A stretch of 34,047 nucleotides of DNA from Chlamydiota bacterium. Its GTDB lineage: Bacteria; Auribacterota; Tritonobacteria; UBA1439. The notes under the pieces are model-generated. The model was not told the origin of the DNA and ran no database searches. It saw nothing but the letters and a program-made list of their open reading frames with translations. A program made the translations under genes and the position numbers. Positions 1-8,271 of the stretch are shown here, piece after piece; the stretch's first letter is position 1; the number at the start of each line of letters is the position of its first letter. The stretch covers positions 1-34,047 of the forward strand of contig JBAXOY010000020.1 of NCBI GenBank assembly GCA_037133055.1, written 5' to 3'.

Positions 1-534
1 CGCCGTGCTCACGAGGAACTCCGGGCTGCGGGCGATGCCGACGATCGGCTGCGTCACCGTGAATCCGTAGGCGCTTACGGTGATCGTGTCGCCGACGTTG
101 AAGCCCCTCCCCTTCAGCCCCCGCTCTATCACCACGCCGAGGCGGTCGCGCGAGGGGTACGCCCCCTCTTCGATGCGGAGCGTGTCGATCGGCGGGTTCT
201 CTCCCGCGCGCACGAAAATCACCACGGCGGGAATCGTGGCCGCGTCTCCGAGCCGGATCGCGCCCTGCAGCATCAGGCGCGCCATGACGTTCTTCACGCC
301 CCCGATGCCGTCCAGTTTCGGCAGGCGGCGGGAGGGCACGGGCTCAAACGCGACCTGAAGGTCGGCAAGGCGGCACGCGCGGCTGAACCCGTCGACCGTC
401 GCGCGGAGGGTGAGCCTCGCGCAGAGCCCGCCGGAATAGACGGCGGCCTGGCAGGCGATGATGAGCACGATCATCAGCCCGCGCAACCTCATCGCCCCCA
501 GGTCGCGGAATGTCTTGCGGGCAAGTTGTTTCAC
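1..534 (-). CDS. ABC transporter permease, FtsX/MacB family (N-terminal part; runs off the window)
   Basis: Not in the ORF track because it is open at the edge. Manual translation from GTG at 534 gives MKQLARKTFRDLGAMRLRGLMIVLIIACQAAVYSGG..., a typical 'K..RDL' + TM helix start. It lies 24 bp after the ABC ATPase stop. Confidence 0.8.
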   Translation of the reverse strand, partial: MKQLARKTFRDLGAMRLRGLMIVLIIACQAAVYSGGLCARLTLRATVDGFSRACRLADLQVAFEPVPSRRLPKLDGIGGVKNVMARLMLQGAIRLGDAATIPAVVIFVRAGENPPIDTLRIEEGAYPSRDRLGVVIERGLKGRGFNVGDTITVSAYGFTVTQPIVGIARSPEFLVSTA

Positions 535-558
535 CCGGCCCCCCGCCGCGCCATCGCC

Positions 559-1281
559 TCAACGACGGCCCTCCGCGGCCGCGCGGGACTCCTCCCCCGC
601 GACCATCCCGAGGGAAAGAAGGACGATCCTGTCGGCCACGGCCGCCACACCGGGGTTGTGGCTGACGATCGCGAAGGTCGCCCCCGTGTCGGCGTTGATC
701 CTCCGCATGAAGCCGACGATGCGGGCGCCCATGGCCTCGTCGATGTTGCCCGTGGGCTCGTCCGCCAGCACCAGTCGCGGCTGCTTCGCCAGGGCGCGCG
801 CGATCGCCACGCGCTGCTGCTCGCCGCCGGAGAGCTGCGCCGGGAAGCGGTCCGCCAGGCCCTCCATCTCCACCCGGCGAAGGCAGTCGAGCGCGCGGAG
901 GCGCGTCTCCTTCCGGCTCATCCCCGGAAGCAGCTCGAGCGCCGCCTCGATATTCTCCCGCGCGGTGAGGGTCGGGAGCAGGTTATAGGACTGGAACACG
1001 AAGCCGACGCTCTCCCTGCGGAATGCGGTGCGCTCCGCGCGGCTCATCCCGCCCAGTTCCCGGCCGTCCACCACGACCGAACCGGACGTCGGGGCATCGA
1101 GGGCCCCGATGATATTGAGCAGCGTGGTCTTGCCGCAGCCCGAGGAGCCGAAGATGACCGCGAACTCGCCTCGCGCCAGGTCCAGGTCGACGCCCCTCAA
1201 GACCTCCGTCACCAGGTCGCCGACGCGGTATGATTTGAAGACGCCGCGCATCCTGACCATGGGCGGCATTTCCCCGCTCAT
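559..1281 (-). CDS. ABC transporter ATP-binding protein (LolD/MacB-like)
   Basis: Walker A GSSGCGKT, GFVFQSYNL, signature LSGGEQQRVAIARAL, Walker B/D-loop VLADEPTGN, H-loop SHN. Confidence 0.95.
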   Translation of the reverse strand: MSGEMPPMVRMRGVFKSYRVGDLVTEVLRGVDLDLARGEFAVIFGSSGCGKTTLLNIIGALDAPTSGSVVVDGRELGGMSRAERTAFRRESVGFVFQSYNLLPTLTARENIEAALELLPGMSRKETRLRALDCLRRVEMEGLADRFPAQLSGGEQQRVAIARALAKQPRLVLADEPTGNIDEAMGARIVGFMRRINADTGATFAIVSHNPGVAAVADRIVLLSLGMVAGEESRAAAEGRR

Positions 1282-1309
1282 GACGTTCCTCCTGAAGGAT
1301 CCCGGGGAC

Positions 1310-1897
1310 TCATGTGTCGGGCTTGAGCTCTTCCGGCACGTCGATGTTCCAGACGCACCCCTCGCCGCAGGGCTCCATGCGGACGCGGAACCCGATGAAC
1401 TCGCAGAACTCGTCGTGGAACGTCCCCCGGCAGTCGTACCGGCAGAAGGTCTCCTTCCGGGGCCTCACCGCGCGGGGGATCTCCTGCATGGCGGCGACAT
1501 AGGGGCACTGCCGGAACTCCATCTTCCCCGCGACCGTGCGGCCCCTGTCGTCGAGGATCTCCTTCGCCGTGTACTCCGTGCGGTTGTAGAGGAACTGGTA
1601 CTCGTAAAAGGTGCGCAGGACCTTCGCCCGGAAGATCAGCAGCGCCACCTTGTCGCGTAGCGCCCTGCCCGGCGTGAAGCGCTCGAGGAAATTCGCGACG
1701 CCGAGGGCCAGCGACTGGTGCTCCACCCGGTAGTCGCGCTCCATGCGGCGCACCCACTCGACCGCCTCGCCGGCGCCGAAGCGCTCCTCGATGTACTCGA
1801 TCGATTTCCCGTACAGGCACACGTACGGCCCGAGCGTGCGCGTCCACAGCTCCTCCTCGGGCATCTTCTCGATCTTCAAAACCCTTTCAGTCGGCAT
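1310..1897 (-). CDS. Hypothetical protein, V4R / L-2-amino-thiazoline-4-carboxylate-hydrolase-like fold (Cys-containing ligand-binding domain)
   Basis: 195 aa, start overlaps the radical SAM stop. C-terminal pattern F-x2-CPY...FC-x3-C...GCVWNI resembles V4R/ATC-hydrolase-clan domains (recognised by eye). Confidence 0.6.
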   Translation of the reverse strand: MPTERVLKIEKMPEEELWTRTLGPYVCLYGKSIEYIEERFGAGEAVEWVRRMERDYRVEHQSLALGVANFLERFTPGRALRDKVALLIFRAKVLRTFYEYQFLYNRTEYTAKEILDDRGRTVAGKMEFRQCPYVAAMQEIPRAVRPRKETFCRYDCRGTFHDEFCEFIGFRVRMEPCGEGCVWNIDVPEELKPDT

Positions 1898-3323
1898 GCG
1901 CGCCCTCCCTCATGAACTTCCGGGGGACGTACCCGCGCGCGCCCAGGACGCACGCCTTCCCCATCCTCCAAAAGAACTTGAACGACGCGATCACGCTCTT
2001 GAGCGTGCCCAGCGGATTGAGGCCGAGCGGGTTTCCCCTCATCTTTCTCCCCAACAGGCCGAGGTTCAGGTAGGTCCGCACGTAGAGCCTCGTCATCTCC
2101 CGGAAATATGTCCGGGTCGGGAGCGCCGTTTTGAGGACCGGGAAGATCAGGTCGAAGAAACGGAAATCCCGGGTGACCAGCTCGCCCTGCATCTCCTGCC
2201 AGAGATCAGTGCCGGGCAGCGGGGTCAGGCTCATGTACTCGGCGTACCCCTGCTTGTGGATGCCGAGGGACCTGACGTAGGCGAGGAGTGTCCTGAAATC
2301 CTTCTTCGTCGCGTGGGGCCTCATGATGAAGCCGAGATCGGGGGTGACCCCGCTGCGCCGGAGTATGCGGACGGCCTCGTTGTTCATCGCGACGGTGGAG
2401 CGCTTGTTGAACGACTCCAGCCCCTCGTCGGTGCACGACTCCATGCCGATGTAGACGTTGGTCAGCCCGAGGCCGGCCCACCGCTCCACCAGGTCGGGGT
2501 TGGCGCATATGAAATCCGCCCTGCCGAAGCACCAGTATTTCTTGTCGATGCCCCGCGCGGCGACGGCGTCCGCGATCGCCTGCACGCGCGGGCGGGACAC
2601 GAAGAAGTTGTCGTCGAAGATGTATACGTACTTCTCCTCGATCCGCTCCAGCTCCTCCACGACAAGCTCCGGCGACCGCATCCGGTACATCCCCCCCGTG
2701 AAGTTCCATATGCAGCAGAAGCTGCACCGGAACGGGCACCCCTCGCTCGTGCGGAGCACCGCGATGGGTCCGACGCCGAACACGTGATAGTTGCTCCTGT
2801 ATCCGGCGGTGATCTTCCTGTCCGGGAACGGCTCCCCGTCGAGCGTCTTCGGGAGGGCGCGGGCGGGCGTGCGGACCATCTTCCCGCCGTGACGGACGTA
2901 GAACCCGGGCACCGCGCGCGGATCGCCTCCGGCCTCGAGCGTGTCCACCAGTTCGGCGAGCGCCGGCACGCCCGGCCCGATGCCGATCATGTCCACGAAC
3001 GGCTCGTCGAAGTCCCCGGGCATGAACGTGGGGTGGTACCCCCCCACCGCCGTCACCACGCCCGGGTCGCACTGCTTGGCCTGCCGGAGAAGCTCCCTGA
3101 CCATGTAGACCTGGGAGGTGAAGCAGCCCATGCAAACCATGTCCGGCTTGAACTCGGAGATTGCCGACTCGATGCTCTTCTTTTCGAAGACGAGGTCCAC
3201 TAGGCGGGTCTCATGACGGGACAGGCTCGCCGCAAGAAGCTCGAGGCCGAGCGGCTCGAACGCCGCCAGGTCGATCAGGCCGGACGCCGCGCACTCCGGG
3301 GGATTCACGAAAAGGACTCGCAT
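1887..3323 (-). CDS. Cobalamin-binding radical SAM protein (class B methyltransferase-like; HpnR-like)
   Basis: N-terminal B12-binding domain (EPLGLELLAA, VGGYHPT), CPFRCSFC [4Fe-4S] motif, FDDNF, IGMES, LTPLPGT. Confidence 0.9.
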   Translation of the reverse strand: MRVLFVNPPECAASGLIDLAAFEPLGLELLAASLSRHETRLVDLVFEKKSIESAISEFKPDMVCMGCFTSQVYMVRELLRQAKQCDPGVVTAVGGYHPTFMPGDFDEPFVDMIGIGPGVPALAELVDTLEAGGDPRAVPGFYVRHGGKMVRTPARALPKTLDGEPFPDRKITAGYRSNYHVFGVGPIAVLRTSEGCPFRCSFCCIWNFTGGMYRMRSPELVVEELERIEEKYVYIFDDNFFVSRPRVQAIADAVAARGIDKKYWCFGRADFICANPDLVERWAGLGLTNVYIGMESCTDEGLESFNKRSTVAMNNEAVRILRRSGVTPDLGFIMRPHATKKDFRTLLAYVRSLGIHKQGYAEYMSLTPLPGTDLWQEMQGELVTRDFRFFDLIFPVLKTALPTRTYFREMTRLYVRTYLNLGLLGRKMRGNPLGLNPLGTLKSVIASFKFFWRMGKACVLGARGYVPRKFMREGAHAD

Positions 3324-3343
3324 GCGCGCCTTTCTAACGAAAG

Positions 3344-4159
3344 TCAGATTTCCGGATCGGGAAGCCCGGCCTCAGCCCCGCGGGGGGCGCGGCGATTCCT
3401 GCTCATCGCCCCGAGGTACGCCCGCTCGATCTTCCGCCCCACCGGCCCGTAGATGACGGCATCCCACACGCGCCGGGACGGGCACAGGTAATAGGGAAAG
3501 TAGAGAAAGTTGGACCAGGTCATCGCCACCCCGAAATTTCCGCTTTTCTCGTCGGGCATGTACCCGGGGATGGGGGCGAGGATGCGGAGGCCGAAAGTCT
3601 CGTACAGCTCGAGCTGGGGTTCCAGCCGGCGCGCGACACCGTTCTCGTCCTCCACCCGCGTCTCCATGTAGGCGCGCGCCTGCGCGATGTCCGATCCGTC
3701 GAGCGGTCCGTCCGCGCCTGTCCGGCGGCGCAGCCACCGCGCGTAGCCGGGCATCCGCCCCCCGAGCACGATGCCCCTCAGGTGCAGGGAGGCGCACACC
3801 TTCCCCGCGGCGAGCAGCAGCTCCTCCGTCGCCCCGGAGGAATAGCCGTGCGGGTGCACCGAGAGGTTCACCCCGAACAACCAGTTTCCCCGGGTATCGT
3901 GCGAGGTGATGTACCCGTCCGCCGTGATCTCGCCCCAGCTCCTGCCGAAGGGCCGGCGCGGGCAAAACCGGAACCTCATCAGGTTGACGAAGCCCCATAC
4001 CGCGCCCTGCTCGTCCTCGAAACAGAGCTGGCCTTCCGGGAAGATCCCGATCTGCGATCTGAAATGCGCCTCTTCGAACTGGACCCCGTTTCGCCATGCA
4101 ATCGATTCGATCCAGAGCAGGCGCCCGATATCACGCCCTTCGATCGTCCGTACAGTCAC
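3344..4159 (-). CDS. GNAT-family N-acyltransferase (YkwB-like)
   Basis: FPEGQ, SWGEITADGYITSH, LFGVNLSVHP, GGRMPGY, GYMPDEKS..W.N motifs. Start reassigned to GTG at 4159 behind a GGAGAGG RBS. Confidence 0.75.
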   Translation of the reverse strand: MTVRTIEGRDIGRLLWIESIAWRNGVQFEEAHFRSQIGIFPEGQLCFEDEQGAVWGFVNLMRFRFCPRRPFGRSWGEITADGYITSHDTRGNWLFGVNLSVHPHGYSSGATEELLLAAGKVCASLHLRGIVLGGRMPGYARWLRRRTGADGPLDGSDIAQARAYMETRVEDENGVARRLEPQLELYETFGLRILAPIPGYMPDEKSGNFGVAMTWSNFLYFPYYLCPSRRVWDAVIYGPVGRKIERAYLGAMSRNRRAPRGAEAGLPDPEI

Positions 4160-4415
4160 GTGGTCATCCTCTCCAGAGAGGCGCGGGGCAGCACGCCGCG
4201 GGGAGCGTGTCCGAGTAATGGATCTCGATGCGTTTCGAGCGCCGGGCGGTCGGATGCACGGAGCGGCGACGAAGGCGATGTCGTGCGCATCGTCAGGGAA
4301 GCCGCACCACACGCGGCGCCCGGAGAAATTGGAGGACCTTCAGGAACCCCTCCGGGCGACGGATCCCGGCGCGTGCCGCTCACCGGGCGGGCGCACGGCA
4401 TTCACCCGCGCATCA

Positions 4416-4760
4416 TCAATTGCCCGCTCCGTCTGCGGCGAGCTGCTCCTGAACCAATTTGATCTGGGCGTCGATCTGCGCGATCTCCGCAGGCGACTTC
4501 TTCTGCTGGACAGCCGTTGCCCGGGTGGCGCGGAGCACCATGAGCCTGTCCTTGAAAAGGATCGGACTCGCCCCGCCCTCGGGTCCCGGCGCGACAACGG
4601 CGGGGGGATTCAGCCTTCCCGTCTCCTGCTTTGTCTCCATCTGTTTGAATTCCGCCCCCTGCTGCTCCTCCGCAAAAGGCTGATCCTCGTCCTGCGCCCA
4701 GGCGGATACGGCGGGGAGCATGAGCGGCACGACAAGAACCGCCAACCGGCACAACTTCAT
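4416..4760 (-). CDS. Small secreted hypothetical protein
   Basis: Strong RBS (CAGGAGG), Sec signal peptide MKLCRLAVLVVPLMLPAVSAWA|Q, coiled-coil-like C-terminus. Confidence 0.75.
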   Translation of the reverse strand: MKLCRLAVLVVPLMLPAVSAWAQDEDQPFAEEQQGAEFKQMETKQETGRLNPPAVVAPGPEGGASPILFKDRLMVLRATRATAVQQKKSPAEIAQIDAQIKLVQEQLAADGAGN

Positions 4761-4797
4761 GCGGCACCTCCTGATATAGGTGTATTCCTGTCACCCG

Positions 4798-4826
4798 ATT
4801 ATAACGCGACATCCGCGGGGATAGAA
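4798..4826 (-). promoter_or_regulatory. Putative sigma70 promoter for the 4760 gene
   Basis: TTCTAT-17 bp-TATAAT on the minus strand, in an AT-rich patch. Confidence 0.5.
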
Positions 4827-4901
4827 ATAGTATTTATGCGGTCTTTCGGCTACCATTTCATCGTGCGCGTATTCACTCCCACCCTCAACATCGGGAAACA
4901 G

Positions 4902-5135
4902 ATGAATGCCGCCACTATATTCGCGAACATCCCCGCCCGCATTCCCGCCGAAATGGTCGAGCGGATCGCGCATTCCTCCACCGTCGCCGTCGAACGCATC
5001 ATCTCCCCCCGCGGCCCCCTCGCCATCCTGTCCGCCTGCGTTTCGCTCCTCCTCCTGGCGCGATTCAGGATCAATTCGATATGGCTCATACCGGGCGGGG
5101 CGCTGCGTGGCCCGGCGCAGATGGGGTCCCGGTGA
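4902..5135 (+). pseudogene. Probable chimeric remnant: cupin-family N-terminus fused to a chromate transporter (ChrA)-like C-terminus
   Basis: 77 aa. First half (IFANIPARIPAEMVERIAHSSTVAVERIIS) resembles the start of small cupin proteins. Second half (SLLLLARFRINSIWLIPGGALRG) resembles the last helices of ChrA. Confidence 0.5.
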
Positions 5136-5530
5136 GACCGGCCCGCGGCGGATCGTCCGCGCGCATCCTGGCGCTCGGGGCGATCCTCGTCCTGACCGCA
5201 TCGGCGGGGCTCTCCACACGGCTCTACGGCGGGCCCGGGTCGTGGCTGGTCCGCGGGTCGGTCGGCGGATTTTTCTACGTGCTCTTCTGGTGCTTCCTCG
5301 GGTATCTTCTCTTTCCCGGCGCTCGACCGGGAGCGGTCGCTCTCACGGTGCTCGCGGCCACCTGCGCGATCGAGTTCTCCCAGCTCCGGCACCCGCCGTT
5401 CCTCGAGGCCGCGCGGGGCACCCTCACGGGAGGGCTGCTCCTCGGATCAGTCTTCAGTTGGGCGGATTTCCCCTGGTATTTCGCCGGCTGCGGCGCCGCG
5501 TGGCTCGCGGGGCGGACTCTACAATCCTGA
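5132..5530 (+). CDS. DUF2809 family membrane protein
   Basis: GGFFYVLFW...AIEFSQL.HPPFLEAARGTL.G.LLLGSVFSWADF pattern. GTG start overlaps the upstream TGA (GTGA). Confidence 0.8.
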   Translation: MRPARGGSSARILALGAILVLTASAGLSTRLYGGPGSWLVRGSVGGFFYVLFWCFLGYLLFPGARPGAVALTVLAATCAIEFSQLRHPPFLEAARGTLTGGLLLGSVFSWADFPWYFAGCGAAWLAGRTLQS

Positions 5531-5686
5531 CCGGGAGGAAGCGGGATGGATGCGCTCCCCACACGGAAAACGATTCCGGCCGACATCGCCATCCTGGCAC
5601 GGCGCCTCGCGCCCTCGTTCGCGTCCCGAACCTCAAAGCGTGGACGCTGTCGCGGGAGCCGGGGGCGCAGTATCCGGGTTGACAAA

Positions 5687-6760
5687 TCAGCCGCACGGAT
5701 TGTCCCCGTGTGAAAGGATCTCGTCGAGGAGCGCCCGGACGAAATCGCTCTCCTTTACCTTCCGGACGGTCTTCCCCCGCCGGAAGATGAGCCCCTCCCC
5801 CTTCCCGCCCGCGAGGCCCACGTCGGCCTCGCGCGCCTCGCCGGGGCCGTTCACCGCGCAGCCCATGATCGCCACGGTGAGGGGGGTGCGGATATCGCCG
5901 ATCGCGCGCTGGACCTCGCCCACGATCCGCACCACGTCGATCCCGCAGCGGCCGCAGGTCGGGCACGAGACAATCGTCGGGCCGAAGGTCCTCAATCCGA
6001 GCGACTGGAGGAGCTCGCGGGCGATGACCACCTCCTCGACCGGGTCTCCCGTGACCGAGATGCGGAGCGTGTCGCCGATTCCCTCGAGGAGGAGATGGCC
6101 GAGCGCCGCGGAGGACCTCACCGCGGATATGAGGGGGGGGCCCGCCTCGGTGACGCCGATGTGAAGGGGATAGCGCGCCGCCCTGGAGATACGCTCGTAG
6201 GCCTCGATCGTGCCGCGGACCGAGGAGGCCTTGACCGAAATCTTGATGAGGCCGTGCCCGGCGTCCTCCAGCATCCGGACGCCGAGGAGCGCGCTCTCCG
6301 CGAGGGCCGCGGGCGTCGGCCCGCCGTGCTTCTTGAGTATCCCCTTCTCCACCGAGCCGGCGTTCACCCCGACCCGGATGGGGACCTTCCGGGCAGCGGC
6401 GGCTTTCGCCACCTCCGCGACGCGCTTCGCGCCGCCGATGTTGCCGGGGTTAAGGCGGATGCCGTCGGCGCCCTCGCCGAGGGCGATGAGGGCGAGGCGG
6501 TGGTTGAAATGGATGTCGGCGACGAGGGGAATGGAGATAGAACGCCGTATCGGGCCGATCGCCCGGGCGGAGGGCTCGTCGGGGACCGCGACCCTCACGA
6601 TCTCGCACCCCGCGCGCGCGAGCCGCCCGATCTGCGCGACGGTGGCTGCGATGTCCGCGGTGAGCGTCTTCGTCATCGACTGGATGGAGACGGGCGCGCC
6701 GCCGCCGATGGGGACGCCGCCGAGCGTGATCTGCCGGGTCCTTTTCCTCGTGATCTTCAT
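5687..6760 (-). CDS. ispG: 4-hydroxy-3-methylbut-2-en-1-yl diphosphate synthase (flavodoxin-dependent)
   Basis: PVSIQSMT, LVADIHF, RLNPGNIG, HIGVTEAG, SCPTCGR, MGCAVNGPGE. Start set at MKITRKRTRQI. Confidence 0.97.
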   Translation of the reverse strand: MKITRKRTRQITLGGVPIGGGAPVSIQSMTKTLTADIAATVAQIGRLARAGCEIVRVAVPDEPSARAIGPIRRSISIPLVADIHFNHRLALIALGEGADGIRLNPGNIGGAKRVAEVAKAAAARKVPIRVGVNAGSVEKGILKKHGGPTPAALAESALLGVRMLEDAGHGLIKISVKASSVRGTIEAYERISRAARYPLHIGVTEAGPPLISAVRSSAALGHLLLEGIGDTLRISVTGDPVEEVVIARELLQSLGLRTFGPTIVSCPTCGRCGIDVVRIVGEVQRAIGDIRTPLTVAIMGCAVNGPGEAREADVGLAGGKGEGLIFRRGKTVRKVKESDFVRALLDEILSHGDNPCG

Positions 6761-6778
6761 CGTGGACTCATCCCGTCC

Positions 6779-6869
6779 GAACCGGCGAACCGGCGCGTCG
6801 GCGAAACGGCGATACATGAACCGGGAAGTCGCCCCTTCGCCCGCTCGCCCCTTCGCCCCGTTCGCCCTT
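6779..6869. repeat. Inverted pair of degenerate 8-bp tandem arrays (GGCGA / TCGCC cores)
   Basis: gaaccggc-gaaccggc-gcgtcggc-gaaacggc (6779-6810), then tcgcccct-tcgcccgc-tcgcccct-tcgccccgt-tcgccctt (6829-6869). Confidence 0.7.
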
Positions 6870-8271
6870 ACGGCTTCGCGGCGGGCGGCGTCTTCCATAT
6901 CAGCCGCGCGATACTTTCCCCCCAGATGCGGACCACGTCGTTCGCCGAAACCAAAATCATGAATGAAAGGAGCAGCGCGACGAAGACGTTCTGGACCGCG
7001 GTCATCACGCGCGCGCTGATCGGTTTCCGCCGCGCGCCCTCGATCAAGGCGATCATGATGTGCCCGCCGTCGAGCACCGGCACCGGGAGGAGGTTCAGGA
7101 CGCCGAGGTTCACGCTTATCACCGCCATGATGTAGATGAACTGCCGGAGTCCCGCCCGCATGAAGTAGCTCATGATCTGGACGATGCCGATCGCCCCCGC
7201 GAGCCCGCGGGGAGACACGGCGCGCAGCACGAGGCCCTTCAGGGTGAAGTACATCTCCTGTATATTCCGGGCCATCCAGGTGAACGGGTCGCGGTAGAGA
7301 TAGACGACCAGCCCGTTCGCCTCGAGCTCGTCCATCCCCACCGCCGTCCGCAGCCTGACGCCGATCCCGGGCCCCTTGAGCTCGGGGTAGTCGCGCGGGA
7401 CCACGGTCACCGAGGCCGCCTCCCCCTTCCTGAGAAGGCCGAGCCGGACCTCCCTGCCCCCGTTCGCGCGCACCACGGAACTCAGGTGCTCGAACGAGAA
7501 CACACTCCCGCCCTGCGCGGACACGATGAAATCGCCGTCGCGCATCCCCCCGGCCGCGGCGGGGGATCCGTTCAGGATATCCACGGAGATGAGCTCCCTC
7601 GGATAGATCCCGATCCTTTTCATCCGCAGCTTCTCATCCCTCTCGGGGACAATGCGCTCGACGCGGCGCGCGCCTTCCCGCGAGAACGCAATCTCCACCG
7701 CCGGGGTGGTGGAGTAGACGATCGACTTGTTCACCTCTTCCCAGCGCTCGACCGCCCTCCCGTTCACCGCGAGGACGCGGTCGCCGGGCTTCATGCCCGC
7801 CCTCTCCGCGGGAGAGCCCTCCACCACGCTGCCGGTGACCGTGCTCTCCATGTTGGCCGGCACCGGGAACCCCGCCACGTAGAGGCACGAGAAGAGGAGA
7901 AACGCGGTGAGGATGTTCATCGCCGGGCCGCAGGCGCAGACGGCGACTTTCGTCCGGAGCGGGCTCGCGTAGTACCCGTCCTTCACGCTGCGGGGATCGA
8001 CCCCGTCCTCGAACTCCATGCCGGCGAGCTTGACGTACCCGCCGAAAAAAATCCACGAGAGCCGGTACTCGGTCTCCCCCCGCCTGAACCCAAAGATCTT
8101 CGGGGGGAACCCGATCGAGAAGACCTCCACCCGTATCCCGCAGAGCTTGGCGACGACGAAGTGCCCGAGCTCGTGGATGAAGACCACGATCCCGAGCGCG
8201 ACCACGCCGAGCGCGACCGGGATGATGTTCTCGGGGAGCAGGGCGCCGATGCCCTCAACGATGCCGTTCAT
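6868..8271 (-). CDS. rseP: RIP metalloprotease RseP (site-2 protease with two PDZ domains)
   Basis: HELGH zinc motif, GGYVKL, GPAMN, PDZ repeats (GSPAERAG, GSPAAAGG), NLLPVPVLDGG. ATGA overlap with dxr. Confidence 0.95.
   Translation of the reverse strand: MNGIVEGIGALLPENIIPVALGVVALGIVVFIHELGHFVVAKLCGIRVEVFSIGFPPKIFGFRRGETEYRLSWIFFGGYVKLAGMEFEDGVDPRSVKDGYYASPLRTKVAVCACGPAMNILTAFLLFSCLYVAGFPVPANMESTVTGSVVEGSPAERAGMKPGDRVLAVNGRAVERWEEVNKSIVYSTTPAVEIAFSREGARRVERIVPERDEKLRMKRIGIYPRELISVDILNGSPAAAGGMRDGDFIVSAQGGSVFSFEHLSSVVRANGGREVRLGLLRKGEAASVTVVPRDYPELKGPGIGVRLRTAVGMDELEANGLVVYLYRDPFTWMARNIQEMYFTLKGLVLRAVSPRGLAGAIGIVQIMSYFMRAGLRQFIYIMAVISVNLGVLNLLPVPVLDGGHIMIALIEGARRKPISARVMTAVQNVFVALLLSFMILVSANDVVRIWGESIARLIWKTPPAAKP

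Noticed and set aside
1887..3323. Naming the radical SAM gene hpnR
   Set aside because: Motifs are similar, but there are no hopanoid genes in the window and many B12-rSAM paralogues share these motifs; phylogeny is needed.
4156..4401. 81-aa ORF ending on the GNAT start as a possible RiPP precursor for the radical SAM enzyme
   Set aside because: Pro/Arg/Ala-rich composition typical of non-coding high-GC frames, no clear RBS, and no leader/core pattern; the GTGA overlap can arise by chance.
4160..4415. Cobalamin or SAM riboswitch upstream of the B12 radical SAM operon
   Set aside because: No B12-box or SAM-I consensus elements were found on the minus strand.
3906..4901. 409-aa ORF 3906..5135 as one gene
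   Set aside because: The first ~330 codons are antisense to two better-supported minus-strand genes; only the part from ATG 4902 looks protein-like.
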